Of a DNA stretch of 64,000 nucleotides, positions 1 to 11,952 are shown in pieces; within the stretch, counting starts at the first letter, position 1; each line of letters starts with the position of its first letter. A program made the position numbers and the translations under genes. The DNA is taken from assembly GCA_951406725.2 (NCBI GenBank), contig OX597827.1, positions 6,696,001-6,760,000 of the forward strand, in the 5' to 3' direction. The notes under the pieces are model-generated. The model had not been told where the DNA came from. It saw only the letters and a program-made list of their open reading frames with translations, and made no database searches. The stretch is from Octopus vulgaris. Its lineage: Eukaryota.

Positions 1-149
1 TTTTTCGTATTTAGCAGAAAAAGCCTGCAAGTTGATAGCGATTTAACAGAGATAATTGCTTAGATTGTTGTGAACTTAAAACATAAAATCTAGTTTTCAA
101 TAATGCAGTACTTGTTATAATAATTTTTCCTAATTATGGCACAAAACCA

Positions 150-345
150 GCAATTTGAAGGGAGGAGTCAAGTTTATTACGCAACCCCAGTATGTGACTG
201 GTACTTACTTTATTAACCCCGAAAAAAAAAAAAGAGACAAAGTCAGCCTCTGTGGGATTTGAACTTAGAACATAAAGAGCTAGAAGAGATGCCACAAAGT
301 ATTTTGTTGTGTGTACTAATGATTCTGCCAGCTCACTGCCTTTTA
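150..345 (-). mobile_element. Degraded tRNA-derived SINE, family C
   Basis: Reverse complement reads GAGCTGGCAGAATCATTAG...GTTCAAATCCC...GACTTTG...AAGTACCAGT...CTGGGGT, matching the intact copies at 30333, 55331 and 59391. Confidence 0.7.
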
Positions 346-1081
346 TGATATAACATTGTTGGTGACAATAAATGATAACATAACGAGTAATTTTAATTAA
401 TAGTAATACTTAGCAATGTACACACACACACACACACACACGCACACTTACACACACACACACTAGCCAGAGCTAAATCTTCACTTCATCAAGTTCATTC
501 AGCGGATGGTTCACTTCAAAACCTTTAGCTTACCATTTCTGACATTCACACTGATTGAAATTAAATTCAAATATCAGGCTTTGAGTCACCTCTGGATTTC
601 CATTCAATTGATATTGATTAGTTAGTCTGATATGTTTCTTATAAAGTTTTCTTAAATTTTACTAGAAAATGCAATGAGAGTTTATTAGCCTAACTTTACG
701 TACAAGTCACATAAACAAATATCTTTAAAAATAGTTTTGGTTAATCAAAGCACATTAAACAAGAGGAATTAAGTAAATGAAGAAGTGATACTGGGATTTA
801 TAGACCATGTCACTCATTTGTACAAAGCAATTTAACACAGAAAATGGATTTTTAGAGCAACACTAGAAACTATCTTCAAACATGTTTTCATAGTGTCAGA
901 TATCATGCTTGGTGCCTGCTTTGCCTATACAAGCCTTTATAAGTGAAATCACTAAGATTAATATCTTCAGAATAGATATGCTTTTTAACTCGTCTATAAC
1001 TTACAGCCATCTTCTGCTATCCACCCCTGTCATTGATAGATTCTAGTTCCATCCGTTTTACTTTTCTTAAATGTTGGTAAT

Positions 1082-1578
1082 TCATCATCATCATCATCAT
1101 CATCATCATCGTTTAACGTCCGCTTTCCATGCTAGCATGGGTTGGACGGTTCAACTGGGGTCTGGGAAGCCTGAAGGCTGCACCAGGCCCGTCACATCTG
1201 GCAGTGTTTCTACAGCTGGATGCCCTTCCTAACGCCAACCACTCCGTGAGTGTAGTGGGTGCTTTTTATGTGCCACCGACACAGGTGCCAGACGAAGCTG
1301 GCGAACGGCCTCGCTCGGATGGTGTTTTTTATGTGCCACCGACACAGGTGCCAGACGAGGCTGGCGAACGGCCACGCTCGGATGGTGTTTTTTATGTGCC
1401 ACCGACACAGGTGCCAGACGAGTCTGGCGAACGGCCACACTCGGATGGTGCTTTTTATGTGCCACCAACACAGGTGCCAGACGAGGCTGGCGAACGGTCA
1501 CGCTCGGATGGTGCTTTTTATGTGCCACCGACACAAGTGCCAGACGAGGCTGGCAAACGGCCACGCTCAGATGGTGTT
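1082..1578 (-). mobile_element. Family B retroposon 3' end with (GAT)n tail and five 63-bp internal tandem units
   Basis: (CAT)n at 1082-1109, then the body shared with 5085-5634, 7947-8203 and 10229-10480 (GCTGGATGCCCTTCCTAACGCCAACCAC). A 63-bp unit repeats about 5 times from about 1258. Confidence 0.85.
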
Positions 1579-1807
1579 TCATTTCTTGATGATCTGTTGA
1601 TTAACCAGCATGTCACTGCTTGTTTGTATATTTGGTAAGCCTAATGAATTGGAAATTACATAAGGTATCACATAATATTATGGATGCTGTCACACTTGAC
1701 TGCACAATGTTTACATCACAATAAAGACTCTTAATGAAACAATTTTAGAAGCAACAGTAAACCATTCCTCTATTTTTATTATATGTATGTGTGTGTGTAT
1801 ATATATA

Positions 1808-2207
1808 GGCACAGGAGTGGCTGTGCGGTAAGTAGATTGCTTACCAATCACTTGGTCCCAGGTTCAGTCCCACTGCATGGCACCTTGGGCAAGTGTCTTC
1901 TACTATTGCTTCAGGCCAACTAAAAGCCTTGTGAGTGGATTTGGTAGACAGAAACTGAAAGAAGCCCGTCGTATATATATGAATGTTTGTGTGTCTGTGT
2001 TTGTCCTCCCCCCCCCACCACCACCACCATCACTTGACAACCGATGTTGGTGTGTTTATGTCCTTGTAACTTAGTGGTTTGGCAAAAGAGCCCGATAGAG
2101 TAAGTACTAGGCTTACAAAGAATAAGTCCTGAAGTTGATTTGTTCGACTAGAGGTGGTACTCCAGCATGACCACAGTCAAATGACTAAAACAAATAAGAG
2201 AATAAAG
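1808..2207 (+). mobile_element. tRNA-derived SINE, family A
   Basis: Head GGCACAGGAGTGGCTGTGCGGTAAG...GGTTCAGTCCC (A/B-box-like), internal (TA/TG)n and A-rich tail. More than 20 homologous copies in the window. Confidence 0.9.
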
Positions 2208-2218
2208 ATATATATATA

Positions 2219-2448
2219 CTGTTGTGTCTGGGGAGAGTCATTTTCTTTTTGTGCTTTATAATTTAACACACAAACCAGTAAAACTTCCACTTATTTCTTA
2301 TTTTTATTTTCCTGAAATTTTCGTCACATCTTGCACGACACAACGAAAATTTTAGGAAAATAAAAATAAGAAATAAGTGGAAATTTTACTGGTGAGTGTG
2401 TTAAATTATAAGGCACAAAAAGAGAATGACCCTCCCCAGACACAACAG
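2219..2448. repeat. Long palindrome, about 105-bp arms and about 18-bp spacer
   Basis: CTGTTGTGTCTGGGGAG...TTTTCGT (2219-2324) is the reverse complement, with a few mismatches, of ACGAAAA...CTCCCCAGACACAACAG (2343-2448). Confidence 0.9.
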
Positions 2449-2522
2449 AATATGCTTCAACACACGAACTCACATAAAGAATCTTGCAAACCAAATCCAA
2501 AAACGAAATATATATATATGTG

Positions 2523-2881
2523 CATACAAAATTTAAAGGACTGACCACTAAAAGTGGACAGTCTATATGCTAGATATAGACGTCAAAATCGCTATTTTCC
2601 ACGAAGAATGTGTTCTCAAGAAAAAACTCAGCGAAAAGCCAAAGCGTAAAAATAAGCAAGACAAATGAAAATATACGAAATAAAAAAATGATTACCTATC
2701 TACTAATTAGTAATCGTTTTTTATTTCGTATATTTTCATTTGTCTTGCTTATTTTTACGCTTTGGCTTTTCGCTGAGTTTTTTCTTGAGAACACATTCTT
2801 CGTGGAAAATAGCGATTTTGACGTCTATATCTAGCAAATAAACTGTCCACTTTTAGTGGTCAGTCCTTTAAATTTTGTATG
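2523..2881. repeat. Long near-perfect palindrome, about 172-bp arms and 14-bp spacer
   Basis: CATACAAAATTTAAAGGACTGACC...GATTAC (2523-2695) pairs with GTAATC...GGTCAGTCCTTTAAATTTTGTATG (2710-2881). A diverged single arm occurs at about 26442-26560. Confidence 0.95.
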
Positions 2882-3072
2882 GAAAAAAATATTTTTAATC
2901 TTCGTATTTTTTTAAATATGCTAGGCCACTGGTTTTAATTGATTAATATCAATTTCTACCCTTATTTAATTTTATATATGTGCATATATATATAAATGAA
3001 GCTGACCAATGAATGGAAATGTGAAACTCTGAGTTACAGTTTTTGTGGTATTTTTGCTGCTTTTTAATAAAG

Positions 3073-3825
3073 TATATATATATAGATATATATGCATGTG
3101 TGTATGTATATGTATGTATGCATGCATGTGTGTATGTGTATATATATATATGTATGTATGTACGTATGCCTGTGTGTATGTATATGTATGTATGCATGTG
3201 TGTATGTATATATATATATGTATGTATGCAGGTGTATGTGTATATATATATATATGTATGTATGTATTATGTATGTGTGTATGTATATATATATATGTAT
3301 GTATGCAGGTGTATATGTATATATATATATATGTATGTATGTATTATGTATGTGTGTATGTATATATATATGAATGTATGCATGTGCGTATGTATATGTA
3401 TGTATGCATGTGTGTGTGTATATATATATGTATATATGTGTATATGTATATATATTAATGTGTATATGTATATATATATATGCATGTGTGTATGTATAAA
3501 TATGTATGCATGCATGTGTGTATGTATATATATATATATATGTACGTATGTACGTATGCCTGTGTGTATGTATATGTATGTATGCATGTGTGTATGTATA
3601 TATATATGTATGTATGCAGGTGCATATGTATATATATATATATTTATTTATATATATATATATGTATGTATGTATGTATGCATGTGTGTATGTATGTATG
3701 TATGTATGTATGTACGTATGTGAGTATGTATATATATATGAATGTATGCATGTGTGTATGTATATATATGTATATGTATATATAATTATTTATGAATATA
3801 TATATATATATAAGCATATATATAT
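3073..3825. repeat. Compound (TA)/(TG)/(TATG) microsatellite with higher-order internal duplications
   Basis: Seen directly. The block TGTACGTATGCCTGTGTGTATGTATATGTATGTATGCATG recurs at about 3159 and 3549. Confidence 0.9.
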
Positions 3826-4651
3826 CAAGTACATGTGTGTGGGGGTGCACGCATGTGTGTGCATGTGTGTGTTTAGATCTTAGCATCAATATTGGCAAAT
3901 GCTGTCAAAGGTATTGTTTAATGACAAGGACAGCAAGCAATGACAAATATCTTTGTTGCTTAAAGAACACCACAAAGAACATCACAACCAAATACCATCT
4001 TCACTATTATGTAAAATATAACATCACTGTTCATGCCGCAGTAGACCTAATACGTATGCCAATAAATACCTCTGTTACAGTAAATGTAAGAAAAAAAACA
4101 ATTATTTAAAATTTTGTCAGTGTTTGTTTGAAAAGTGTTTATTTCTTCAGTGGCTTTACTCAGCATTCTCCTTCAAACTGAAACCAAGACAAACATAATC
4201 AGATTATTTCTAAATTGTCATGGCTCACATGCATTTTCTGTTTTTGTTGTTTTTTTTGTTTTTGTTTTTTGTTTTTTATTCTTTTGCAAACTTTGATTTG
4301 AAATCTCTCCATTATATCATTAATCTTCAATGGCAAAAATATCGCAAGATAAAACGATAGGATTAGCAAATCAGATTTGGAAACTTGTTGTGTGTGTGTG
4401 TGCGTGTGTGTGTATGCATATGTGCTCCTCTGTATGTTTATGTGTGTACGTGTGTGTGGGTGGGGGTGGGGTGGGTGGGGTGGGAGGGGTGTATGTGTGT
4501 GTTTATCTATTTTTGGTTATTTGTTGTTTGTGTATTACATTTAACTTTTATTTATGTAATTAGGTCTTTGGGCAGTTTTAAACAGTCTTATAATGAAGTT
4601 TTGGAATTAAAATTAAGATTCGTAATGGTGATGGTGGTGGCATCTATGCAC

Positions 4652-4652
<1 letters not shown>

Positions 4653-4716
<64 letters not shown>

Positions 4717-4723
4717 TGTCAAT

Positions 4724-4758
<35 letters not shown>

Positions 4759-4759
4759 T

Positions 4760-4795
<36 letters not shown>
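4653..4795. repeat. (CAT)n microsatellite
   Basis: Seen directly. Confidence 0.95.
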
Positions 4796-4799
<4 letters not shown>

Positions 4800-5084
4800 A
4801 AATTAAATATATTAAGGAAATAAATAAATGAAATCTCAGTTGTTTTGGTTAAAACATTTCAAGACTGAATTGATAATAATATTTTTTTACACGTATTTTA
4901 ATTAACTTTGAAGCTAAATATATTTCTTGAATTACCAAAACAACTATGCCAACAAAGTAGGTGAACCATTTACTTCAGTAGCAACATGGAACGAAACAAA
5001 ATGGTAAAATATGCTTACATTCCATACTTCAACAGTAAAAGAATTAGAAAATGGTAAAATATAAAATACTGGTGTAGTTTTAAA

Positions 5085-5634
5085 ACTGAATATTATGCTT
5101 CCGGCTCCAGTTCCGCATAGCCCCTGCCCATTCAAAGTACCTTGGATCCCGGAACGTCTCGCTGTGCTTGAGGAGACCTGTTGAGTCAAGTGCATGTACA
5201 CGAACATCAAAACAAATATCAATGGAAATAGTTGTTGTGATACCTGTGTCGGTGGCACATAAAAGCACCATCCGAACGTGGCCGTTGCCAGCGCCGCCTC
5301 GACTGGCTTCTGTGCCGGTGGTACATAAAAAGCACCATCCGAACGTGGCCGATGCCAGTGCCGCCTTGGCTGGCTTCCGTGCCGGTGGCACGTTAAAACC
5401 ACCAACCGATCGTGGCCGATGCCAGACCCCCCTGGCACCTGTGCAGGTGGCACGTAAAAAGCACCTACTACACTCGCGGAGTGGTTGGCGTTAGGAAGGG
5501 CATCCAGCTGTAGAAACACTGCCAGATCAGACTGGAGCCTGGTGCAGCCCTGGCTTCCCAGACCCCGGTCAAACCGTCCAACCCGTGCTAGCACGGAAAA
5601 CGGACATTAAACGATGATGATGATGATGATGATG
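5085..5634 (+). mobile_element. Family B retroposon, longest copy in the window, (GAT)n tail
   Basis: GC-richer 5' segment, four GTGYCGGTGGCACRTAAAAAGCACC-type units, then GGTTGGCGTTAGGAAGGGCATCCAGCTGTAG and a (GAT)n tail. The 5' boundary is approximate. Confidence 0.85.
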
Positions 5635-5950
5635 AAGCCACATGGCTCAGTGGTTTGAGTGTTGCGCTTACAATCATGAGGGTGTGAGTTCGGTTCCTGA
5701 ACTGTACAGTGTTGTGTTCTTGAGCAAGGCACTTTATTTCAGATTGCTCCAGTTCACTCATCTGTAGAAATGGGTTGTGATATCACTGGTGCCAAGTTGT
5801 ATCAGCCTTTACCTTTCCCTTGGATAACATCGCTCGCATGGAGAAGCAAGGCTGGTATGCATGGGCGACTGATGGTCTTCCACAAACAACCTTGCCTGGA
5901 CCCTGTGCCTCAGAGAGGAAACCCTATAGTCATATATGACCAAAGGGGTT
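5635..5950 (+). mobile_element. tRNA-derived SINE, family D
   Basis: tRNA-like head TGGCTCAGTGGTT...GAGTTCGGTTCC, then TTGAGCAAGGCACTTTATTTCA..TTGCTCCAGTTCACTCA, shared with 41508-41755. Confidence 0.75.
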
Positions 5951-6162
5951 TCTACTCTTTATTTGTTGAACGAATCTTACTTAGTGGAGCCTGCTATTTT
6001 CTGATCTTAGACATTACATATAAGTTATGGCTGCTGCCCTTCTTTTTCTTTTTTTTTTTAATTTGCAGTAAAAATTACAAAAAGAAATAAACCAAAAATA
6101 TACCCATGCTAACATGCAGACTTAATATGATGATGATGGTGGTGTCCATGGCATCTATGTTT

Positions 6163-6196
6163 CATCATCATCATCATCATCATCATCCTCATCATC

Positions 6197-6228
<32 letters not shown>

Positions 6229-6261
6229 CGTCGTCGTCGTCATCATCATCATCATCATCCC

Positions 6262-6292
<31 letters not shown>

Positions 6293-6311
6293 GTCGTCGT
6301 CGTCGTCGTCG

Positions 6312-6350
<39 letters not shown>

Positions 6351-6385
6351 CCATCATCATCACCATCACCATCACCATCATCATA
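6163..6385. repeat. (CAT)/(CGT)/(CAC) triplet microsatellite
   Basis: Seen directly. Confidence 0.95.
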
Positions 6386-6474
6386 TTAGTTTGCTTTCTG
6401 TATTGTTATAGATTTAGTGTTACTTATTTCTTTTTAGAAGATAATTTACTGAAGATCTGTGTCCATAACTTAAA

Positions 6475-6960
6475 TGGTGGTGGTGGTGGGTGGTGGTGGT
6501 GGTGGTGGGTGGTGGTCTTGGTGGTGGTGGTGGTGGTGGTGGTGGTGGTGTTGGCGGTGGTGGTGGTGGTGGTGGTGGTGGTGGTGGTGGTGGTGGTGGT
6601 GGTGGTGGCGGTGGTGGTGGTTTTGGTGGTGGTGGTGGTGGTGGTGGTTGTGGTGGTGGTGGTGGTGGTGGTGGTGGTGGTGGTGGTGGTGGTGGTGGTG
6701 GTGGTGGTGTTGGTGGTGGTGGTGGTGGTGGTGGTGGTAGTGGTGGTGGTGGTGGTGGATGGTGGTGGTGGTGGTGGTGGTGGTGGTGGTGGTGGTGGTG
6801 GTGGTGGTGGTGGTGGTGGTGGTGGTGGTGGTGGTGGTGGTGGTGGTGGTGGTGGTGGTGGTGGATGGTAGTGGTGGTGGTGGTGGTGGTGGTGGTGGTG
6901 GTGGTGGTGGTGGTGGTGGTGGTGGTGGTGGTGGTGGTGGTGGTGGTGGTGGTGGATGGT
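6475..6960. repeat. (GGT)n microsatellite, about 480 bp
   Basis: Seen directly. Confidence 0.95.
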
Positions 6961-7898
6961 TTTGTTCATACCACTTTATGTCCTTGCTTTTACCTTTCAT
7001 CTTTATTTCCGAGGTTGATTTTAATCAACTACACAACTCCACAACTATGGATAATATCCTTGTGCCTCTAGCAGAATTCAATATTTCTTAATGATTACAT
7101 AACTTAAGAGTGAAATACAAAAATATAAACACAGAACTATATATTCAATTAAATTCTGCCAAATGTGAGCTGAACAAAATCAATGGATCAATTTACTTCA
7201 ATTTCAAATCTAATCTATTTGTTATTTGTAAAGATTACTATAACTAACCACATATTACCTGCCTAAGAATCAATTATATATATCTTATCTACAAATAAAT
7301 TAAAGTTTGCACTCTAAGTTTGCATTGGTTTTCAATGAATATTCATTCCATACCCCACCACACCCAGCTCAATAAATATTTCTTAATCAAAACTAATAAA
7401 TATTGTGTCATGCATTAATGTAAAATGTATTTATGTAAGACAAATTGGTTCCAATGGAGAAGTGTTTTCCATCTGGAGCCATATTCCAAATGGAATGTAC
7501 GTTCTTCTGTCAGACTTGCTCAAGGCACTGTCTTCATAGCCAAGTCCTCCCCTGGAGTTTCAAATTTCAAATTAGTTCAAGTTGCAGCCATTGTGGCAAT
7601 ACAGCTTGAATTGCCGCATTGAACTTCGTATTTATGCAAGTACAAGAACAACATGTATACATGTGAGTGTGTGTGTGTGTTCATTATGTGCAGCAGAAGC
7701 AATATTAGTTTAAAATAGCAATCTGTATAATACTTGATGCAGATATGTTATGAGCAACAGAATCCCTCACTTCTTTCATAAGCAAGACAACTGTAATAAG
7801 ATTTACACAAAAGGAATCCAGCAGGGCATCTAAGCATCATTATAGATCCCAAGGCAAAGCAGCTCCCAGAGACCTTTACATACAGAACCACAACATGC

Positions 7899-7944
<46 letters not shown>

Positions 7945-7946
7945 TC

Positions 7947-8203
7947 TCGCCTGGCCCCCGTGCCGGTGGCACATAAATAGCACCATCCGATCGTGGCTGT
8001 TTGCCTGCCTCATCTGGCACCTGTGCTGGTGGCACATAAAAAGCACCCACTACACTCTCGGAGTGGTTGGTGTTAGGAAGGGCATCCAGCCGTAGAAACA
8101 CTGCCAGATCAGATTGGGCTGGTACAGCCTTCTGGCTTCCCAGACCCCTGTTGAACCGTCCAACCCATGCTAGCATGGAAAGCGGACGCTAAACGATGAT
8201 GAT
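7947..8203 (+). mobile_element. Family B retroposon, 5'-truncated, inside (TA)n
   Basis: Homologous to 5380-5634. Ends in (GAT)n and is flanked by (TA)n. Confidence 0.85.
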
Positions 8204-8339
8204 ATATATATATATATATATATAGAGTACACAATATAATTGCTTCTCAGATGTGCTTTGTACTTTTTTGCTTAGAACAGTGCTTCTGATGTCTTTTAAT
8301 TACTAAAAAATAAATTGCTGGAAATTTGTTGTCTTCATG

Positions 8340-8612
8340 GTCATTTCCAGTGCCACTGGAACTGGGTCCTATGCAGGTGGTACATAAAAAATACCATTTG
8401 AGTGTGACCAACGGCAGTACCGCCTGACAGGCCCTCATGCCGGTAGCACATAAAAGCACCCACTACACTCTGAGTGGTTGGCGTTAGGAAGGGCATCCAG
8501 CTGTAGAAACTCTGCCAGATCTGATTGAAGCCGGTGCAGCCATCTGGCTCATCAGTCATCAGTTAAACCGTCCAACCCATGCCAGCATTGAAAGCAGACG
8601 TTAAACGATGAA
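8340..8612 (+). mobile_element. Family B retroposon, diverged subfamily
   Basis: GGTTGGCGTTAGGAAGGGCATCCAGCTGTAG...GACGTTAAACGATG. Similar to 47250-47514. Confidence 0.8.
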
Positions 8613-9297
8613 CAATGATATATATATATATACATATATATACATATACACACACACACATATATATATACATATATGTATATATGTAAGTATGTATGTA
8701 TTTAGACACACTCACACACACATATGCACACTATTAATAATTAGGTATGTTTCTGATGTAAAACTTTTAACAAGTCATCATATGGAACAGCTGTGAACTG
8801 AGACACCCAAGAAACATTGTAATATCTTCTTTTTAATGAAATCACAAATTGTGTCTGAATTGTCTGTAATGAAACAAAGGGAATCCCACGGGCGTACTAG
8901 ATGGCCAGTTGATAAGAGTTAAGCTTTCTTCTTGGCAGGAATTGACAACATACACAAGACTGAAGTGCTTAAAGATGTTTTGGTATAAAGTAGATAATTA
9001 AAGTTAACTCTTGATCAAGACACTTGATGGAATAGGAGGCTATTTTCCTTCACCAAAAAAAATGTAGGGTTTTTTCAGAGTGTTTCTGCCTGAATTTGAT
9101 GTTTATAAGGATATATGATTGATAGCCACCTTTGTTTTTTCTTTAGCAGAATGAGATAATTTGGTGCAGTTGTTTGGACGCAGACAATTAGACATCTCAG
9201 AGTGGACATTCGACATCTCTGAGTGGACATTCGGCCTGTTTTTGCAATTGTATTTTTTGTCATGGAGGAAAACACCTACACTTTGTGTGCAAAAATA

Positions 9298-9707
9298 TGC
9301 AGGAGTGGCTGTGTGGTAAGTAGCTTGCTAACCAACCACATGGTTCTGGGTTCAGTCCCACTGCGTGGCATCTTGGGTAAGTATCTTCTGCTATAGCCTC
9401 GGGCCGACCAAAGCCTTGTGAGTGGATTTGGTAGACGGAAACTGAAAAGAAGCCTGTTGTATATATGTATATATATATGTATGTCTGTGTATATGTTTGT
9501 GTGTCTGTGTTTGTCCCTCTAGCATTGCTTGACAACCGATGCTGGTGTGTTTACGTCCCCGTCACTTAGCGGTTCAGCAAAAGAGACCGATAGAATAAGT
9601 ACTGGGCTTACAAAGAATAAGTCCCGGGGTCGATTTGCTCGACTAAAGGTGGTGCTCCAGCATGGCCGCAGTCAAATGACTGAAACAAGTAAAAAAAAAA
9701 AAAAGAG
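9298..9707 (+). mobile_element. SINE family A
   Basis: Full-length homology to the other family A copies. Confidence 0.9.
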
Positions 9708-10195
9708 ATACATACTGAGAGAATAAGAGAGAGAGAGAAAGAGTGAGGCAGGTTGATAGACAGCGACATTATAGATTTATTAATTGAACACAACTGACAT
9801 ACACACTTTTCCTCTCCTTATACACATAGGGAAATGTTCTCACAAGCATAAAAAAAAGAAAGAGAGGTGAGAGGGAGAAAAAAAAAGAAACATTAAAATG
9901 AGAAAGGCATTAAAGCCTCTGGTGTCAAATAAGTCAACAACAAATCGGTGATGCCAAAAATGTAGCACCAAAATGGCTGTGCGAAGACACTTTATATTTT
10001 TCTCTTATTTCATTTTCGTTTCATTTATGTAAATTACATAGGCCATAAACGTGTTCTACTCTGTATATGCATGTGTGTATGTCTAATTGTCCTGACTGCT
10101 GAAAGTAAGCTAAGACAATTGCTATACTGATGATATCTGTTGAGGCAGAAACATGTGTCCACAGTGGTTCTACAGACAATCACACTTTCTTTTCC

Positions 10196-10684
10196 TTAAA
10201 CCCTTAGCATTCAGATTACTTTGTCAAATCATCATCATCATCATCATCATTTAGCATCTGCTTTCCATGCTAGCACGGGTTGGACGGTTCAACTGGGGTC
10301 TGGGAAGCCAGAAGGCTGCACCAGGCCCAGTCTGATCTGGCAATGTTTCTACGGCTGGATGCCCTTCCTAACGCCAACCACTCCGTGAGTGTAGTGGGTG
10401 CTTTTTACATGCCACCCGCACAGGTGCCAGATGGGACTGACAAATGGCCACGGACAGATGGTGCTTTTTACGTGCCACCGTAATATTTATTTATTCATAC
10501 TCACATTTACTTGAATTAAAATCATGTATTATCTCATAGATTTGAGATTTTGATAATATGATTTAAAAAAAATTTTATAATGACATAGTAAGGTAGGTGT
10601 AAGAGGCTAGATTTGTCTGATATGAACATAAAACAGGTGGAATATTTGGGCTGGAAATGGCTGGTTGAAATGGTAATGGATTAA
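10196..10684. mobile_element. piggyBac-type MITE interrupted by a family B insertion (10229-10480, minus strand)
   Basis: Begins TTAAACCCTTAGCATT and ends AAATGGTAATGGATTAA (degenerate TTAA-CCC...GGG-TTAA termini). The family B copy with a (CAT)n tail splits it. Confidence 0.55.
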
Positions 10685-10689
10685 TGATA

Positions 10690-10907
10690 TACTCTTTCTC
10701 TTTTACTCTTTTACTTGTTTCAGTCATTTTGACTGCGGCCATGCTGGAGCATCGCCTTTAGTCGAGCATATCGACCCCGGGACTTATTCTTTGTAAGCCC
10801 AGTACTTATTCTATCGGTCTCTTTTGCCGAACCGCTAAGTGACGTGGACGTAGACACAGCAGCATCAGTTTTCAAGCAATGCTAGGGGGACAAACACAGA
10901 CACACAA

Positions 10908-10946
<39 letters not shown>

Positions 10947-11114
10947 TACATACGACGGGCTTCTTTCAGTTTCCATCTACCAAATCCACTCACAAGGCTT
11001 TGGTCAGCCCGAGGCTATAGTAGAAGACACTTGCCCAAGGTGCCACGCAGTGGGACTGAACCCGAAACCATGTGGTTGGTTAGCAAGCTACTTACCACAC
11101 AGCCACTCCTGCGC
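10690..11114 (-). mobile_element. SINE family A
   Basis: Reverse complement of family A, with a (TACTCTTT)n tail at left. Confidence 0.9.
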
Positions 11115-11537
11115 TTATGTCAGTTTTAAAGAAATTCGATTCCTGAGAATACCTCCCCTATCATTTGGAATTGGTACCAGTTGCCACCAAGTGATTGTCT
11201 TACTTCCTCTTGAAGCAGCAATAATTTCAGCAAAATCAAGAATTTATTTTGCATGTTATTTCTGTACAGCTTGATTTGTCTTTGTTGTTCAAGCATATGC
11301 CACTATCCTTATCTACTAAATAATTACACACTTGTCATAAAAACCGACAAGGTTAATAAGTGCAGATTTGAGTAATTATACCTTCAGAGAATGATGTAAA
11401 TTACATTTGACAAGAATTTAGAATGCACAGCTGAAACTGAGAAATAAAGAGTGCTTTTTAGATAAGTATTTGACTCGGGCACATTTATATGCATATTTTC
11501 CTTTACTTCCTTTTTTCTCTCCTTTTTTTATGATCCA

Positions 11538-11930
11538 CTAGCAGTATCACCCGGCGTCGGGTTTGTAAGGGAAATAACTATATAAGCATTTTTAGAGATG
11601 TAAAGTATAATAGCCATCTCAATATGGCTAACCACAAAGGGAGGGGTGTTACTGTAGCTTTTTACGTTCTGAGATTTAATAATAAATTTTTAGAGAGTTA
11701 CTTCCCTTATATATGCCAAAAGTGCATTAAAAATGGGAAAAATTGATGGTAAATTTTTTTTTAAATCGTAGACTCATCGTAGACGCGCGCTAATACCCAG
11801 AAGGGCTCGATATGAATCACGACTATAAGATACCCGGTTTTGGTTAAACTGCACTACAAAATGTGGGAGTAGTTAGGAATCTAAATCGTAGGAGACAGAC
11901 AGCACACAAACTCACTTTTATATATAAAGA
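11538..11930 (-). mobile_element. Non-autonomous Helitron
   Basis: Minus strand starts TCTTTATATATAAAAGTG and ends CCCGACGCCGGGTGATACTGCTAG (GC hairpin about 12 nt before the end, CTAG terminus). Inserted between A and T with no TSD, the canonical Helitron hallmarks. Confidence 0.8.
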
Positions 11931-11952
11931 TTTTCAGCATCACCATCTTCAT

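Noticed and set aside
1129-1638. 169-aa ORF with 21-aa repeats, also a CRISPR-like look
   Set aside because: It is the antisense reading of a family B retroposon with 63-bp tandem units. There are no unique spacers and no cas genes, and the context is eukaryotic.
7425-7625. GC-richer unique island, possible exon
   Set aside because: No recognisable protein motif and no convincing acceptor/donor pair on either strand.
9191-9233. 21-bp tandem duplication (similar small duplications at 60751-60890 and 50648-50695)
   Set aside because: Ordinary slippage duplications with no further structure.
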